A DNA stretch of 50,987 nucleotides, taken from assembly GCA_046497485.1 (NCBI GenBank), contig JAWOFP010000006.1:1-50987 (forward strand), read 5' to 3'. Shown here one piece after another: positions 17,323-27,309 of this stretch. A model generated the notes under the pieces. The model made no database searches. It was given only the letters and a program-made list of their open reading frames with translations, and was not told where the DNA came from. This DNA comes from Candidatus Nanohaloarchaea archaeon (GTDB taxonomy: Archaea > Nanohalarchaeota > Nanosalinia > Nanosalinales > Nanosalinaceae). The stretch's first letter is position 1, and every line of letters starts with the position of its first letter. Position numbers and translations under genes: made by a program.

Positions 17323-19833
17323 GTGAAAAAGGCAAAAACCATTGACCAGCTCTACGAAGTAGTCAAAGAGCATGAAACAGTTCTGACATCTGATGCCGGT
17401 CTGGCCGACGCACTGAATAGAAGACTTGACAGGCCTGTAAAGGGAAGTTTTGCATCGACACCGGGAAGACTGGCATCTTCTGGAGACGAGGAATCGAAGA
17501 AAGATGTCTTTCTGAAAGCAGTTGAAGAGACTGATTATTCTTGGAAGCAGATTTCTTATGCTTTAGATAAAATCTTTGAGGCCTGGAAACACACCGGCGA
17601 ACTCGAGAAAATACTGAGTTTTGAGAGATATGATAAAGAACTATTCCAGGATATTATAGAGATTACCAAGTCATCGAATACTTCATTTCATTCAGTGGAA
17701 GAGAAAGAATTTTCAGGAGATATCGCAGTAGTGAACCTTTACCAATTTAACGAACTGGATAAAACCACTTTACCAGATGAATTTAGGGAGTACAACCTTC
17801 TAACAGACGAGGAGACAAATTTAGAGGATTTCAACATCTATGAGTCAGGCCTGGACCTGGTGAATAGCCTTATAGATAATATAGAGTCTCTGGGAGCGGA
17901 AAATATCGGGGTAGTTGTAAGGCCTGAATCAAGGTATCAAAGCCTCTTGGAAGCATACTTCAAGTCAAAGAATATCTCTTATACGAGAGACGAGAATATT
18001 TCCGAAGACGATTATCTCAGAACATTTATTTCCCTGCTTGAGACAGGGGTTACAGATAGGAAGCTACGTGTCAGAGATGTTAAACCATTACAGGAAGGCC
18101 TAGGATTTGAATACAAGGGAGAGGACAATCAGTTCCTTGATTCGACAGATTCGGAGCTCAAAGAGTTCGTGAATATACTCGAGTTTATGGAGTTTGGTAA
18201 AGCACTGGAAGAATTAGAAAATATAACCGAAAACGATCTCAGCCATATCGAGACTTTGCTTGAAGACTTAGGCCTCTGGAATGAATCTATTAATTCCGAG
18301 AATGTCGGTAAATTAGGATACTTTATTGAGAACTTTGACAGCAAAATGGATGAGGAAAACTCTGGAGTGCTTCTAGCAGATCCAAAGAATGCGTCTGTTA
18401 TTGATAGGCCTTTAGTATTTTTACTTGGTATGAGCCGGGAGTGGAATGAATCATTTGATGAAGAGCCATGGGTCGATGAGGAATGGATTGAGGGAAGAAA
18501 TCTAAGAGATTTCACTCTTCTATGCCAGTCAGGAGACCAGAGATACTTCCTTGTTCAGGACAGAGAGCTGGAAGAAGACATCAAACCCTGCTTCCATCTG
18601 GATGAAATCACAGGAGAGAATATTGAAAGTTTCAGAGATTTGCCTCACAAATTCAGGGATTCAGGTTCTAGGCCTGAGGAATCAAAGTTTGATCTAGAAG
18701 AAGTCGAGAGGGAAGAAATTGATTATCTCAGCCAGTCAAGTCTGAGCGACTTAGCGCGTTCACCCCGACTCTATTACATGTCAAGACTGGTTTCAGAAGC
18801 TGAAGAAGAGCACCTGAAGAAAGGAGAACTATTCCACGACTTCGCAGAATTATACTACAACCATCCTGAAGAGACCAATGAAAACCTGGAGGAAATTTCA
18901 AAGATTTTTGCCGAAGAACTGGAAAAGATAGTCGATAATATCTCAATGATCCAGATAGAAACAGAGATCAAACACGGATTGAAGAACTTGATGGACTTCT
19001 TGGAGCCAGAAGAAGAGTATATCGGAGACGGTTATGTCGATACAGATTCAGAGAACTTCTTCGCCCAGAAACTAGGCCTAGAGATTGATACTAACTCGAC
19101 GGAGATGTACTTCAAAAAGGACGGAATGAAAGGCAAAGTCGATCTGATAGAATCGGAAACCCATTTAGTGGATTTCAAGTCAGGCCGGAAGAAATCAGTG
19201 AAAGATATAGTCAAATCTTCTAGGCCTGAAACATTTGAAGACGCGAAGTTCCCTAATTTCCAGGCCTTGATGTATCTCGCGCATCACTCCAAGCATGTGG
19301 ACGGGAATCTCGAGTTCTCTTTTGTCTACTTCCTTGATGGACTCGGCGACATTCTAGGTAATAGAGAGTCTGAGGAAATGGCCACCACTATCTCTTATGT
19401 CGATGAAAGTTTTGATCACAAAGTCTATTCTCATGATCTCTTCGAGTTCTTGATCAGAGATGTTAAACAGTCCAATAACAGGAGAAAAACTCTGGAGAAG
19501 ATAGGTTACACAGGGTTCGAAAACTTTTTCTCCCAGATGGAGTTCCCTGAGATATTCGATAAGGATGAGGTTTTGGAAACTCAGATTTATCAGGAGTTTG
19601 AGGCCTACTGTATAGAAGAAGTAGGCGACTACAAATATGTCAGGAAAGGAGTCAAATCAATGTTTAGAAAGATAATAGAGTATAGGAACACCCGATACTT
19701 TGAGGAAGATTTAGAGAATATTCAGGCCTTTGTAGAGGAAAAAATAAATGAAATCGAGAGTTATGAAGAAGATAGGTATCCTTTAGGGGATAGAGAGGTT
19801 TCAGAGCTTGGAAAGGAGGACTTGATAGTTTGA
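17323..19833 (+). CDS. AddB-like protein with C-terminal PD-(D/E)XK nuclease
   Basis: LSQSSL...P..YY, GELFHDFAE, GKVDLI, VDFKSG, QALMY; degenerate helicase-like N-terminus; overlaps next gene by 4 nt. Confidence 0.78.
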   Translation: MKKAKTIDQLYEVVKEHETVLTSDAGLADALNRRLDRPVKGSFASTPGRLASSGDEESKKDVFLKAVEETDYSWKQISYALDKIFEAWKHTGELEKILSFERYDKELFQDIIEITKSSNTSFHSVEEKEFSGDIAVVNLYQFNELDKTTLPDEFREYNLLTDEETNLEDFNIYESGLDLVNSLIDNIESLGAENIGVVVRPESRYQSLLEAYFKSKNISYTRDENISEDDYLRTFISLLETGVTDRKLRVRDVKPLQEGLGFEYKGEDNQFLDSTDSELKEFVNILEFMEFGKALEELENITENDLSHIETLLEDLGLWNESINSENVGKLGYFIENFDSKMDEENSGVLLADPKNASVIDRPLVFLLGMSREWNESFDEEPWVDEEWIEGRNLRDFTLLCQSGDQRYFLVQDRELEEDIKPCFHLDEITGENIESFRDLPHKFRDSGSRPEESKFDLEEVEREEIDYLSQSSLSDLARSPRLYYMSRLVSEAEEEHLKKGELFHDFAELYYNHPEETNENLEEISKIFAEELEKIVDNISMIQIETEIKHGLKNLMDFLEPEEEYIGDGYVDTDSENFFAQKLGLEIDTNSTEMYFKKDGMKGKVDLIESETHLVDFKSGRKKSVKDIVKSSRPETFEDAKFPNFQALMYLAHHSKHVDGNLEFSFVYFLDGLGDILGNRESEEMATTISYVDESFDHKVYSHDLFEFLIRDVKQSNNRRKTLEKIGYTGFENFFSQMEFPEIFDKDEVLETQIYQEFEAYCIEEVGDYKYVRKGVKSMFRKIIEYRNTRYFEEDLENIQAFVEEKINEIESYEEDRYPLGDREVSELGKEDLIV

Positions 19834-22499
19834 ATCCAAACAAACAGCAGCAAGAACTAATTGAGAATATTGACGGAGTTTATCTAGTTGATGCAGGAGC
19901 CGGGACAGGTAAGACTTTCTCAATCACACGCAGATACATGAATATTTTAGAGGATAATGAGCCAGAAGATATCTTCCTCGCAACATTCACCAGAAACGCT
20001 GCGGAGGAGATGAGCGATAGAATTGCATCTGATACAGATTATAAGGCCTCAGAAATATACAATGCACCTATCTCGACATTCCACAGCCATTGCCAGAAGA
20101 TACTGGAGAGACATGGATTCAATACTCCGAAAAAGATTGGAATTGACGATGAGTTAGAGCAGATTGATCCTTTGGAAAGCAAGATCCGGGAGGAGCAGTA
20201 CTTCGATGATTTCTATGAAAACTTTAGAGCCAATAATCCAGAATATAGAGAGTTCTATATAATTATTAGAGAGAGTCCTGAGCTTCTAGGCCTACTTAAA
20301 TCTCTGGCCAGCAGAGGAGTAATTCCTGAGGAAAAAGGTTGGTTCCTCGATTCGGAAGAATATCTTGATGGAGACTGGAAGGAATTTAGAAGACTTTTCA
20401 AAGAAGTGAACAGGCCTAGGAAAACCAGTTCGGGCCAGAAGCAAAGTATTCTGAGACAGAGGATGTACGGATATAACTATAAAGAGTTTCCGGAAGATGC
20501 GCCAGAATACAACGATATTGTAGGAGATTACGGCTGCAAACAGGTTAGAAAGGATTTCTGTAGGAAGAGCTTCAAAGAAGACAGAGAAAAACTAAAGGAC
20601 TTTATTCATGATATTTACTACAGTTACTTGAAGTACTGTCTTGAGAACAACTTTCTGAATTTCGGTTTCTTGATGGCTTTAACCTATGTAACTCTTTATA
20701 GAGATGAGGAAGCTCGTGAAGACGAGAAATTCAACTACATAATGATTGACGAGTTTCAGGATACAAATGAGATCCAGTTAAAGATTTCAATGCTTCTGGC
20801 GGACAGGCCTAATATTTGTGTGGTAGGAGACTGGAAGCAGTCAATCTACAGTTTTCAATATGCGGATATCGACAATATCAAGAGTTTTGAGACCCGTATA
20901 AACAGGATAATATCTCATCTGAATGAAGATAAAAAGCGAGTTAATTTTTCGGAAATCGAAGTAGAGAAAATAAATTTGATCAAGAACTACAGATCCTCTC
21001 AGAAGATTCTGGATGCCTCCGAACAGGCCTTCACGCTGAAAGGAAACCGTTATGAGGAAGTGCCTGAACCAGATATCGTATCACTGGAGTCAGAGGCTGA
21101 TATAGAGGATTCCGAGGTCGGAAAGTATCTCTGCGAAGACGAAAAAGAAAATATATTGGCAAAGATTCAGGAAGTGGTTGATGAAAATGATTACGATTAC
21201 TCCGATATCGCAGTCCTCTCCCGGACAAGAAAGACAGGCCTAAAACTTCAGGAGCTGGGCTCAGAATACAATATCCCGGTTGCATATGAGGGAGGCCTTG
21301 AACTGTTCAACACTGAAGAAGCCAAGTTATTACTTGCGTGGCTGAGAGCGATGAACGACTCCAGAAAAGGCTGGGCTGTCATACTGGAGAGAACAGGTTA
21401 CAGCATGACGCAGGCTAAGAAAATATTTGAGGAAGAAGAGATTCCAGAAAACTTGCTGGCTTTCAAGGATAAAGTTGAAGGCCTAGAGTTTGAAGCCCAG
21501 ATGCGTAGAATCTTCGCTTTCTATGGGTTTGAGAATGCTGTAACAGAGAAAGTAATTGATGTACTGACCGATACATACAAATCGAGTTTTATGACCCGCT
21601 CCGACCTTATTCAGTTTATTGAGGAGAATATTAATCAGCGAGAGATTTATGAAGTCGATACATCTAGAGATAGAGACAGCGTAAAGGTTCAGACTATTCA
21701 CGGCGCCAAAGGCCTAGAATATCCTGTTGTATTTATCGCAGATGTAAATTACGGGACTTTCCCATCGAAAAACAGCAGCTATGGGAGCATAAACTTTGAG
21801 GAGGTGATAGGACTTCGTCAGAGAAAAATATTTGACGAGGAAAATGGTTATGTCTTCGATAACTGGCGCTCAGAAATCCTATCTAAATGTGTGGGCGGAA
21901 AATACGATGAGGAACGCAGACTGATGTATGTAGCCATGACCCGTGCAGAAGAAAAGCTCTACATTTCAGCAGAACAGGAGAAGGAAAGCAGATTCTTTGA
22001 AGATTTGGAGCTAGAGGAAGAATTTCTTGATAAGAAACCTAAAGTTCAGGAAGAAGAGGAAAGCGAAAAAGAAGAACTGAAAGTAGAGGAACCTGATTCT
22101 ACAAGAACCAGACTGGTTTCTACTTCCGAGCATGTCGAGCTAGATGATGAATTAACAGATAATATTGAGCGAGGCGATGAGCTACACAGATTTGCAGAAG
22201 AATTCATAGAAAACAATAGAAGGCCTGAAACCACGGAAGAGGAAAAAATTGTGGAATTCATTGAAGGCCTAGAAGGAGATATAGAATCTGAGGTCAAGTT
22301 CACCTATCCTGAGAATGGGAAAGTTTACACTGGTAGAGCCGATATAATCGCGGAAACGGAAGAAAATGTAAAAGTAATTGATATCAAGACCTCCGACAAT
22401 TTCTCAGAGGCCTACAAAGACCAGATGGAGCTCTACGAAAAGGCCTTCCAAGCAATTTATCCTGATAGAAAAATTGAGACTGAAATATTCGAGGTTTAA
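19830..22499 (+). CDS. UvrD/AddA-like SF1 helicase with C-terminal PD-(D/E)XK nuclease
   Basis: AGAGTGKT, TFTRNAA, IDEFQDTN, VGDWKQSIYSF, NYRS, TIHGAKGLE, EERRLMYVAMTRA; GRADI...IDIKT...QMELY. Confidence 0.92.
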   Translation: MNPNKQQQELIENIDGVYLVDAGAGTGKTFSITRRYMNILEDNEPEDIFLATFTRNAAEEMSDRIASDTDYKASEIYNAPISTFHSHCQKILERHGFNTPKKIGIDDELEQIDPLESKIREEQYFDDFYENFRANNPEYREFYIIIRESPELLGLLKSLASRGVIPEEKGWFLDSEEYLDGDWKEFRRLFKEVNRPRKTSSGQKQSILRQRMYGYNYKEFPEDAPEYNDIVGDYGCKQVRKDFCRKSFKEDREKLKDFIHDIYYSYLKYCLENNFLNFGFLMALTYVTLYRDEEAREDEKFNYIMIDEFQDTNEIQLKISMLLADRPNICVVGDWKQSIYSFQYADIDNIKSFETRINRIISHLNEDKKRVNFSEIEVEKINLIKNYRSSQKILDASEQAFTLKGNRYEEVPEPDIVSLESEADIEDSEVGKYLCEDEKENILAKIQEVVDENDYDYSDIAVLSRTRKTGLKLQELGSEYNIPVAYEGGLELFNTEEAKLLLAWLRAMNDSRKGWAVILERTGYSMTQAKKIFEEEEIPENLLAFKDKVEGLEFEAQMRRIFAFYGFENAVTEKVIDVLTDTYKSSFMTRSDLIQFIEENINQREIYEVDTSRDRDSVKVQTIHGAKGLEYPVVFIADVNYGTFPSKNSSYGSINFEEVIGLRQRKIFDEENGYVFDNWRSEILSKCVGGKYDEERRLMYVAMTRAEEKLYISAEQEKESRFFEDLELEEEFLDKKPKVQEEEESEKEELKVEEPDSTRTRLVSTSEHVELDDELTDNIERGDELHRFAEEFIENNRRPETTEEEKIVEFIEGLEGDIESEVKFTYPENGKVYTGRADIIAETEENVKVIDIKTSDNFSEAYKDQMELYEKAFQAIYPDRKIETEIFEV

Positions 22500-22507
22500 T
22501 CTAAAAG

Positions 22508-22825
22508 TTAGTAGGCCTGCATTCCTGGCAGGTGTCCTAGTTTGTCTCTGCCTTCTTCTGTGACCATTTCTGGAGTCCATTTTGGGTCGAATGTTATTTC
22601 AACTTCTACTTCGTTGATTCCTTCTAGGTGTGCGACTTCCTGTCTAACCATTTCGTCGAATACTCCTGCCATTGGGCATGCTGGAGTTGTCAAGGTCATT
22701 AGAATCTCGATTCTGTCATCTATTACATCTATTTCGTAGATTAGGCCTAGATCGACTACATTTACATCTAGTTCTGGGTCCATCAGTTCCTTTAACTGTT
22801 CTCTGACTTCTTCCTCTGTGACCAT
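22508..22825 (-). CDS. DUF59/SufT-like Fe-S cluster assembly protein
   Basis: DPELDVNVVDLGLIY, MTLTTPACP, FDPKWTPEM motifs. Confidence 0.92.
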   Translation of the reverse strand: MVTEEEVREQLKELMDPELDVNVVDLGLIYEIDVIDDRIEILMTLTTPACPMAGVFDEMVRQEVAHLEGINEVEVEITFDPKWTPEMVTEEGRDKLGHLPGMQAY

Positions 22826-22880
22826 ATCTGATTGTGGATTTTGTATTCTTTTAACCCTTTCAAATGAATCTTTACTTGAG

Positions 22881-23792
22881 ATGTATATTTACCGACTCGC
22901 AGGAGAGAATTTGGATTTGGCTGAGGCAGAGTTGAATGGATTCTTAGAAGCAGTTGGAGCTAATGAGATGGCTTCAAGAGATGGTAGGTTGGCCTTCACA
23001 GAGTCGCATCCCGAACAGTTGAAGAGACTGGCGCTTACTCATGAGGTACTGGAGAAGATCGATCCGGAAGAATTCAGGCCTGAAGGAAGTTATGCTGTAA
23101 GAGTCGAGAACCTTTCACAAAAAAATATTGAGAAAGAGGAAATTGAGTCAGAGATAGGACAGAAAATCTCAACTAAAGAAAATTCTGTGGACCTGGAAAA
23201 TCCTGAAACCGTAATTAAAGTCTATATTACAGAAGGAAAAAGATTTTATGCAAAGTTAGTTGAGGATATTCCAAGGAATCTTTTTGAGGAGAGAAGCAAC
23301 GAGAAGAGGCCTTATTCTTCCCCTATTTCAATGGACCCTGTTCTGGCAAGAGTATTAGTTAATTTATCTGAGGCTTCTTTAGGAGGATCTATTTTAGATC
23401 CTTTCTGTGGGACTGGCGGAATACTGATTGAAGCAGGTCTCTGTGGAATAATGCCTAAAGGCCTCGATATTCAAGAGGAAATGGTCGAAGGCTGTAAGGA
23501 AAACCTGAACAACTATGGAATAATTAATTTCGATGTTCAGAAATGCGACATATCTGAAGCTAATGAAGTATTTGATGAATATAACGCCGTTATATCCGAC
23601 CTACCGTATGGAAAGGCCTCAAAGCAGGAAAATGAAGCAATAGAAAGATTTCTGGATTTAATCGAAAATTTTGAGGGAAAAACAGTTTTCATGTATAATA
23701 AGGCTTCCGTAGGAGAGTATAAGGCTGATTTCGAGGTTTATGTGCATAAGAGCTTGACTAGACATATTTACATAATTTCTAAACCATCTTGA
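22881..23792 (+). CDS. tRNA (guanine-10-N2) methyltransferase, THUMP plus Rossmann MTase (Trm-G10/Trm11)
   Basis: VDLENP, RPYSSPISMDP, DPFCGTGGILIEA, DLPYG; start moved to ATG 22881 to avoid overlap with the divergent gene. Confidence 0.88.
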   Translation: MYIYRLAGENLDLAEAELNGFLEAVGANEMASRDGRLAFTESHPEQLKRLALTHEVLEKIDPEEFRPEGSYAVRVENLSQKNIEKEEIESEIGQKISTKENSVDLENPETVIKVYITEGKRFYAKLVEDIPRNLFEERSNEKRPYSSPISMDPVLARVLVNLSEASLGGSILDPFCGTGGILIEAGLCGIMPKGLDIQEEMVEGCKENLNNYGIINFDVQKCDISEANEVFDEYNAVISDLPYGKASKQENEAIERFLDLIENFEGKTVFMYNKASVGEYKADFEVYVHKSLTRHIYIISKPS

Positions 23793-24358
23793 TTTGAGTT
23801 AGACATAGTTCGATACTCACTCTCTAAGCCAGGTGCCACTAGAATTGTTTCCGACATTTCTGCCATTTTTTCACGTGGTATACCCCACTCTTTTTCTAGT
23901 TCTGACATATCAACCACTGAAAGATCATAGGTTTCACTATTTATTATCTGTGTTTGAAGTTCTCTTGAATGACGAGTATTATCTAAGTATTCAAATGGAT
24001 TGAAGTCACTTTCAAATGTTTCAGGGTCATAGGCATGATGGACTTTCATTCTTTCATCATCTGCTACAATTACTGCTATCGCTCCTGCTGGGCCGAATTC
24101 AGCCATTAAGTAACCGTCGCCTCTTTCAAATCTTTCACTTAAAATTTCTGAAACATCTGCAGCATTGCTGTAAACTTCGCTTTTCGGGACTTCTTCGGAT
24201 TCAAAATTAGAAGTTGCAGAGCTTAATGCATCATGAATAAAACTATCTTTATCTTCTGACACATGAGGATTTGATTGATCAGGCTGATAATCATTTACAT
24301 TAGAATCGTAGTTTTCAGGATCTTTTTCAAAACTACCTTCCCATTTACGCGAACTCAT
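23768..24358 (-). CDS. Hypothetical acidic protein
   Basis: 196-aa ORF, no motif recognised. Confidence 0.65.
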   Translation of the reverse strand: MSSRKWEGSFEKDPENYDSNVNDYQPDQSNPHVSEDKDSFIHDALSSATSNFESEEVPKSEVYSNAADVSEILSERFERGDGYLMAEFGPAGAIAVIVADDERMKVHHAYDPETFESDFNPFEYLDNTRHSRELQTQIINSETYDLSVVDMSELEKEWGIPREKMAEMSETILVAPGLESEYRTMSNSNQDGLEIM

Positions 24359-24431
24359 ACTACCGGTTGGTCACGACATCTTATTAAGTCTTTCGGTCAG
24401 GAATAAAAGAACATCTCACCGATAAGAACTT

Positions 24432-25340
24432 ATGAGAATCTGGACGGTCGGCAGCTCAAGCGCAGTACCAACTAAAGATAGAGGCCTCGCCGCCAATTTA
24501 ATCGAATACAACGGTGAGAGAATACTTTTTGACTGCGGGGAAGGCACACAGAGAACATTGATGTCAGAGAAGCTTGGGATTATGAAGATCGATAAAGTCT
24601 TTATATCTCACTGGCATGCCGACCACTTCTCAGGCCTACTGGGATTAATTCAGACGATGGAGTTGGAGGGTAGGGAAAGACCTCTCTACATTTATGGACC
24701 TCCAAGGACAGAAGAATTCACCGACAGAATTTTAGATACCGGATACTTCAACCGGAGCTACGACATCTATGTTGAAGATTTGGTTGAAGGAGATGAAATT
24801 GTAGGCGATGGCTATCAGATTAGGCCTTTTGAAGTAGATCATGGAATCAATGCTTTCGGTTTTAGTTTCGAGGAAGAGAGTTCAAAGAAAGCGAACAAAG
24901 ACAAAATGAAAGAACTAGGCTTGAAAAATTCTCCAAAAATAGGTGAACTGAAAGAAGGAGAAACTATTGAATGGGAAGGAGAAAAAATAAGGCCTGAAGA
25001 AGTAGTAGAAGAGATGCCTGGAAGAAAAGTAGTTTATTCTGGCGACACAGCCAAATCAGATAACTTAATCAATCATGCCGAAGACGCCGATCTACTTATA
25101 CATGAAGCCACCTGCCTTCACGAAATGATTGAAGATAGGAAAGGACATACTTCAGCTCTACAAGCTGCAGAGGTTGCTGAAGAAGCCTCAGTTGAAAAAT
25201 TAATTTTAACTCATTTCTCCCGGCGTTACAGAAACAACGAACAAGTTCTCTTAGAGGAGGCCTCTAAAGAGTTTGAGGAAACAAGGTTAGCTGAGGACGG
25301 GAAGAAGTTTGAGATTAGTCCTCAAAGACCTGAGGGTTAA
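24432..25340 (+). CDS. rnz: Ribonuclease Z
   Basis: DCGEGTQ, SHWHADH, SGDT, HEAT, GHTS, THFSRRY motifs and exosite arm. Confidence 0.95.
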   Translation: MRIWTVGSSSAVPTKDRGLAANLIEYNGERILFDCGEGTQRTLMSEKLGIMKIDKVFISHWHADHFSGLLGLIQTMELEGRERPLYIYGPPRTEEFTDRILDTGYFNRSYDIYVEDLVEGDEIVGDGYQIRPFEVDHGINAFGFSFEEESSKKANKDKMKELGLKNSPKIGELKEGETIEWEGEKIRPEEVVEEMPGRKVVYSGDTAKSDNLINHAEDADLLIHEATCLHEMIEDRKGHTSALQAAEVAEEASVEKLILTHFSRRYRNNEQVLLEEASKEFEETRLAEDGKKFEISPQRPEG

Positions 25341-25824
25341 ACTCTGCGTTAGTATCTCCAAATATATATTCCATTGCTTTTCCTTCTAAAGCATTAAATA
25401 CTTGCTGGAACTCTTTCTGATCAGGTATTGTTCCATTCCATCGCGTCATGTCTTCTCGAACCCCTCTTTCATCGTAAAATTCTACCCTATAAGTTGAGTT
25501 TGCAGAATCATCTTGATTTATATCACTTATACCCGTATCTCGGTCTAAACCGCTTCCTCTTAATTGATCGTTCATTCCTATAATTTTCTCATATTCTACA
25601 GGAAATTCTATTTGTAACTTATTAGGGTCAACATATTCAGCTTCACTAAATCCTTCGACTCTATTTAAGAACTGGTCTGGCCCTTCTCTTTGTTCATATC
25701 TTACCACTCCAGAGTATTCTCCTTCAGAGTCTGTTACTTGAAATGCATCTAACCTCTTAAAATTGCCGCCTTCTGGACCTTCATCTTTTGAAAGTGTGAA
25801 AACAGGCCTCCAGTAGTTTGCCAT
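25315..25824 (-). CDS. Hypothetical protein
   Basis: 169-aa ORF, no motif recognised. Confidence 0.6.
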   Translation of the reverse strand: MANYWRPVFTLSKDEGPEGGNFKRLDAFQVTDSEGEYSGVVRYEQREGPDQFLNRVEGFSEAEYVDPNKLQIEFPVEYEKIIGMNDQLRGSGLDRDTGISDINQDDSANSTYRVEFYDERGVREDMTRWNGTIPDQKEFQQVFNALEGKAMEYIFGDTNAEFNPQVFED

Positions 25825-25856
25825 ATTGAGTTAAGCCATTACATAATTTATAAATG

Positions 25857-26375
25857 TTATAACTCGTCAGTCAATTTCCTATCTTCGCTAGGCCTGACTT
25901 CTATCTCCGCACCCTCAAATTCTTCTCGTATACCTGAGCCTTGGATTCTATCTAGGAACACTGCAAGCGCTGCTATCTCGCTGTGGGGCTGGTTTCCGAC
26001 CGATATATTGTAATCAACATGAGTGTAGACCCATCTAGGAACTTTTTCAGCCCCGACAATCACAAGTAAATCATCCTCTTCAAATCTCTGTTCTAGCTCA
26101 CCTATCTTTTCATTTATTTTCTCTCCATACATTGTAAGGTGAACTTTCAAGCCTTCAAATTCTTTAATCTCTTTTTTCCAGTCTTCTGTATATCTTATAT
26201 CTATATTTCCGCCCCAGCGTTCGATTATATCTCTCTGGCTGTCTAAAATATTGTCATCTTTCTCTCCAGAATAAACTATTTCATCTGCTCCCCACTGCCG
26301 GGCTGTAAGGCCTACATGCGTTGATATTCTGTCGTCTCTTCCTCTCCGATGTCCTAGTCTGAGGACTTTGATCAT
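25857..26375 (-). CDS. tRNA (cytidine-56-2'-O)-methyltransferase aTrm56
   Basis: LRLGHR..RD.RISTHVGL.AR, VHLTMYG, VGAEKVP, NQPHSEIAALA motifs. Confidence 0.95.
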   Translation of the reverse strand: MIKVLRLGHRRGRDDRISTHVGLTARQWGADEIVYSGEKDDNILDSQRDIIERWGGNIDIRYTEDWKKEIKEFEGLKVHLTMYGEKINEKIGELEQRFEEDDLLVIVGAEKVPRWVYTHVDYNISVGNQPHSEIAALAVFLDRIQGSGIREEFEGAEIEVRPSEDRKLTDEL

Positions 26376-26427
26376 GTATCGGTTTTCGGCGTGACATTTC
26401 TTAAAGCATGGATATCCAAAAGATTTT

Positions 26428-27303
26428 ATGAAAGATCAAAATGTACTCGAGGAAGACTGGGACTATCTAATCGTGCTTGATGCATGCAGATACGATATAT
26501 TTGAAGAAGTCTATGAAGACTACTTCAAAGGAAACCTTGAGAAAAGGAAGAGTGTGGCCTCTTCTACTCCTGAATGGGCTTCAAAGGTTTTTACTGGAGA
26601 GCACGATATAACTTATTTCTCATCTAACCCTTTCATCAATGATGTAGGTCTTCCACTGAATGAGATTGAGTGGGGTTCCAGCTGTGGATATGAGTGGAAC
26701 GCAACCGAGCACATCTCAAATATTATTGATGTCTGGCATGAAGGCTGGGATGATGAACTAGGAACAGTTACACCGGAAAAAATGAATGAAGTAGTTCGAG
26801 ATCACATGGATGAGGTGGAGGAAAGTGATAGAACTATTATCCATTATATGCAGCCGCACGCACCTTATATTACAAAAGGTAGAGGCCGGAAAGTAGAACA
26901 GATCAGAAAAAGCTTCAAAGAAGCCAAGGAAGAAGGCCTTGATGAAGAGTCAGGAGTACTAGGAGCAGTTGGCGATAAAATCAAGCCTAAATTTGAAAGC
27001 GTAGTAGAGGATAGTACATTAGCTATGAAGTTGGGAATGCTTCTGGAATTAAACCCATCCAGCCTTTTCTCAGTCGGAAGAGACGGTACAAGAGAGACTT
27101 TGATGGAGTACTATGAGGACAATCTAAGGCTTGCATTAGAGGAAGCCAGAGAACTAAGCAAGGAACTGGATGGCGAAGTTGTGATAACAGCTGACCACGG
27201 AGAGGCCTTCGGAGAACAAGGAGTCTGGGAGCACCACATAGAGACCCATATCCCTGCACTGGTGGAAGTTCCTTGGCTTATAGTCGAAGACACTGTAGAG
27301 TGA
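26428..27303 (+). CDS. Alkaline phosphatase/sulfatase superfamily protein
   Basis: LDACRYD, ASSTPEW, HYMQPHAPY, TADHGE, VPW motifs. Confidence 0.8.
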   Translation: MKDQNVLEEDWDYLIVLDACRYDIFEEVYEDYFKGNLEKRKSVASSTPEWASKVFTGEHDITYFSSNPFINDVGLPLNEIEWGSSCGYEWNATEHISNIIDVWHEGWDDELGTVTPEKMNEVVRDHMDEVEESDRTIIHYMQPHAPYITKGRGRKVEQIRKSFKEAKEEGLDEESGVLGAVGDKIKPKFESVVEDSTLAMKLGMLLELNPSSLFSVGRDGTRETLMEYYEDNLRLALEEARELSKELDGEVVITADHGEAFGEQGVWEHHIETHIPALVEVPWLIVEDTVE

Positions 27304-27309
27304 TATTCA

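Noticed and set aside
22818..22880. N-terminal extension of the tRNA methyltransferase
   Set aside because: Overlaps the divergent DUF59 gene start; ATG 22881 is the more plausible start
22881..23792. DNA methyltransferase responsible for AGGCCT
   Set aside because: THUMP domain and DPFCGTGG/DLPYG context indicate a tRNA m2G10 enzyme; no DNA methyltransferase is evident in this window
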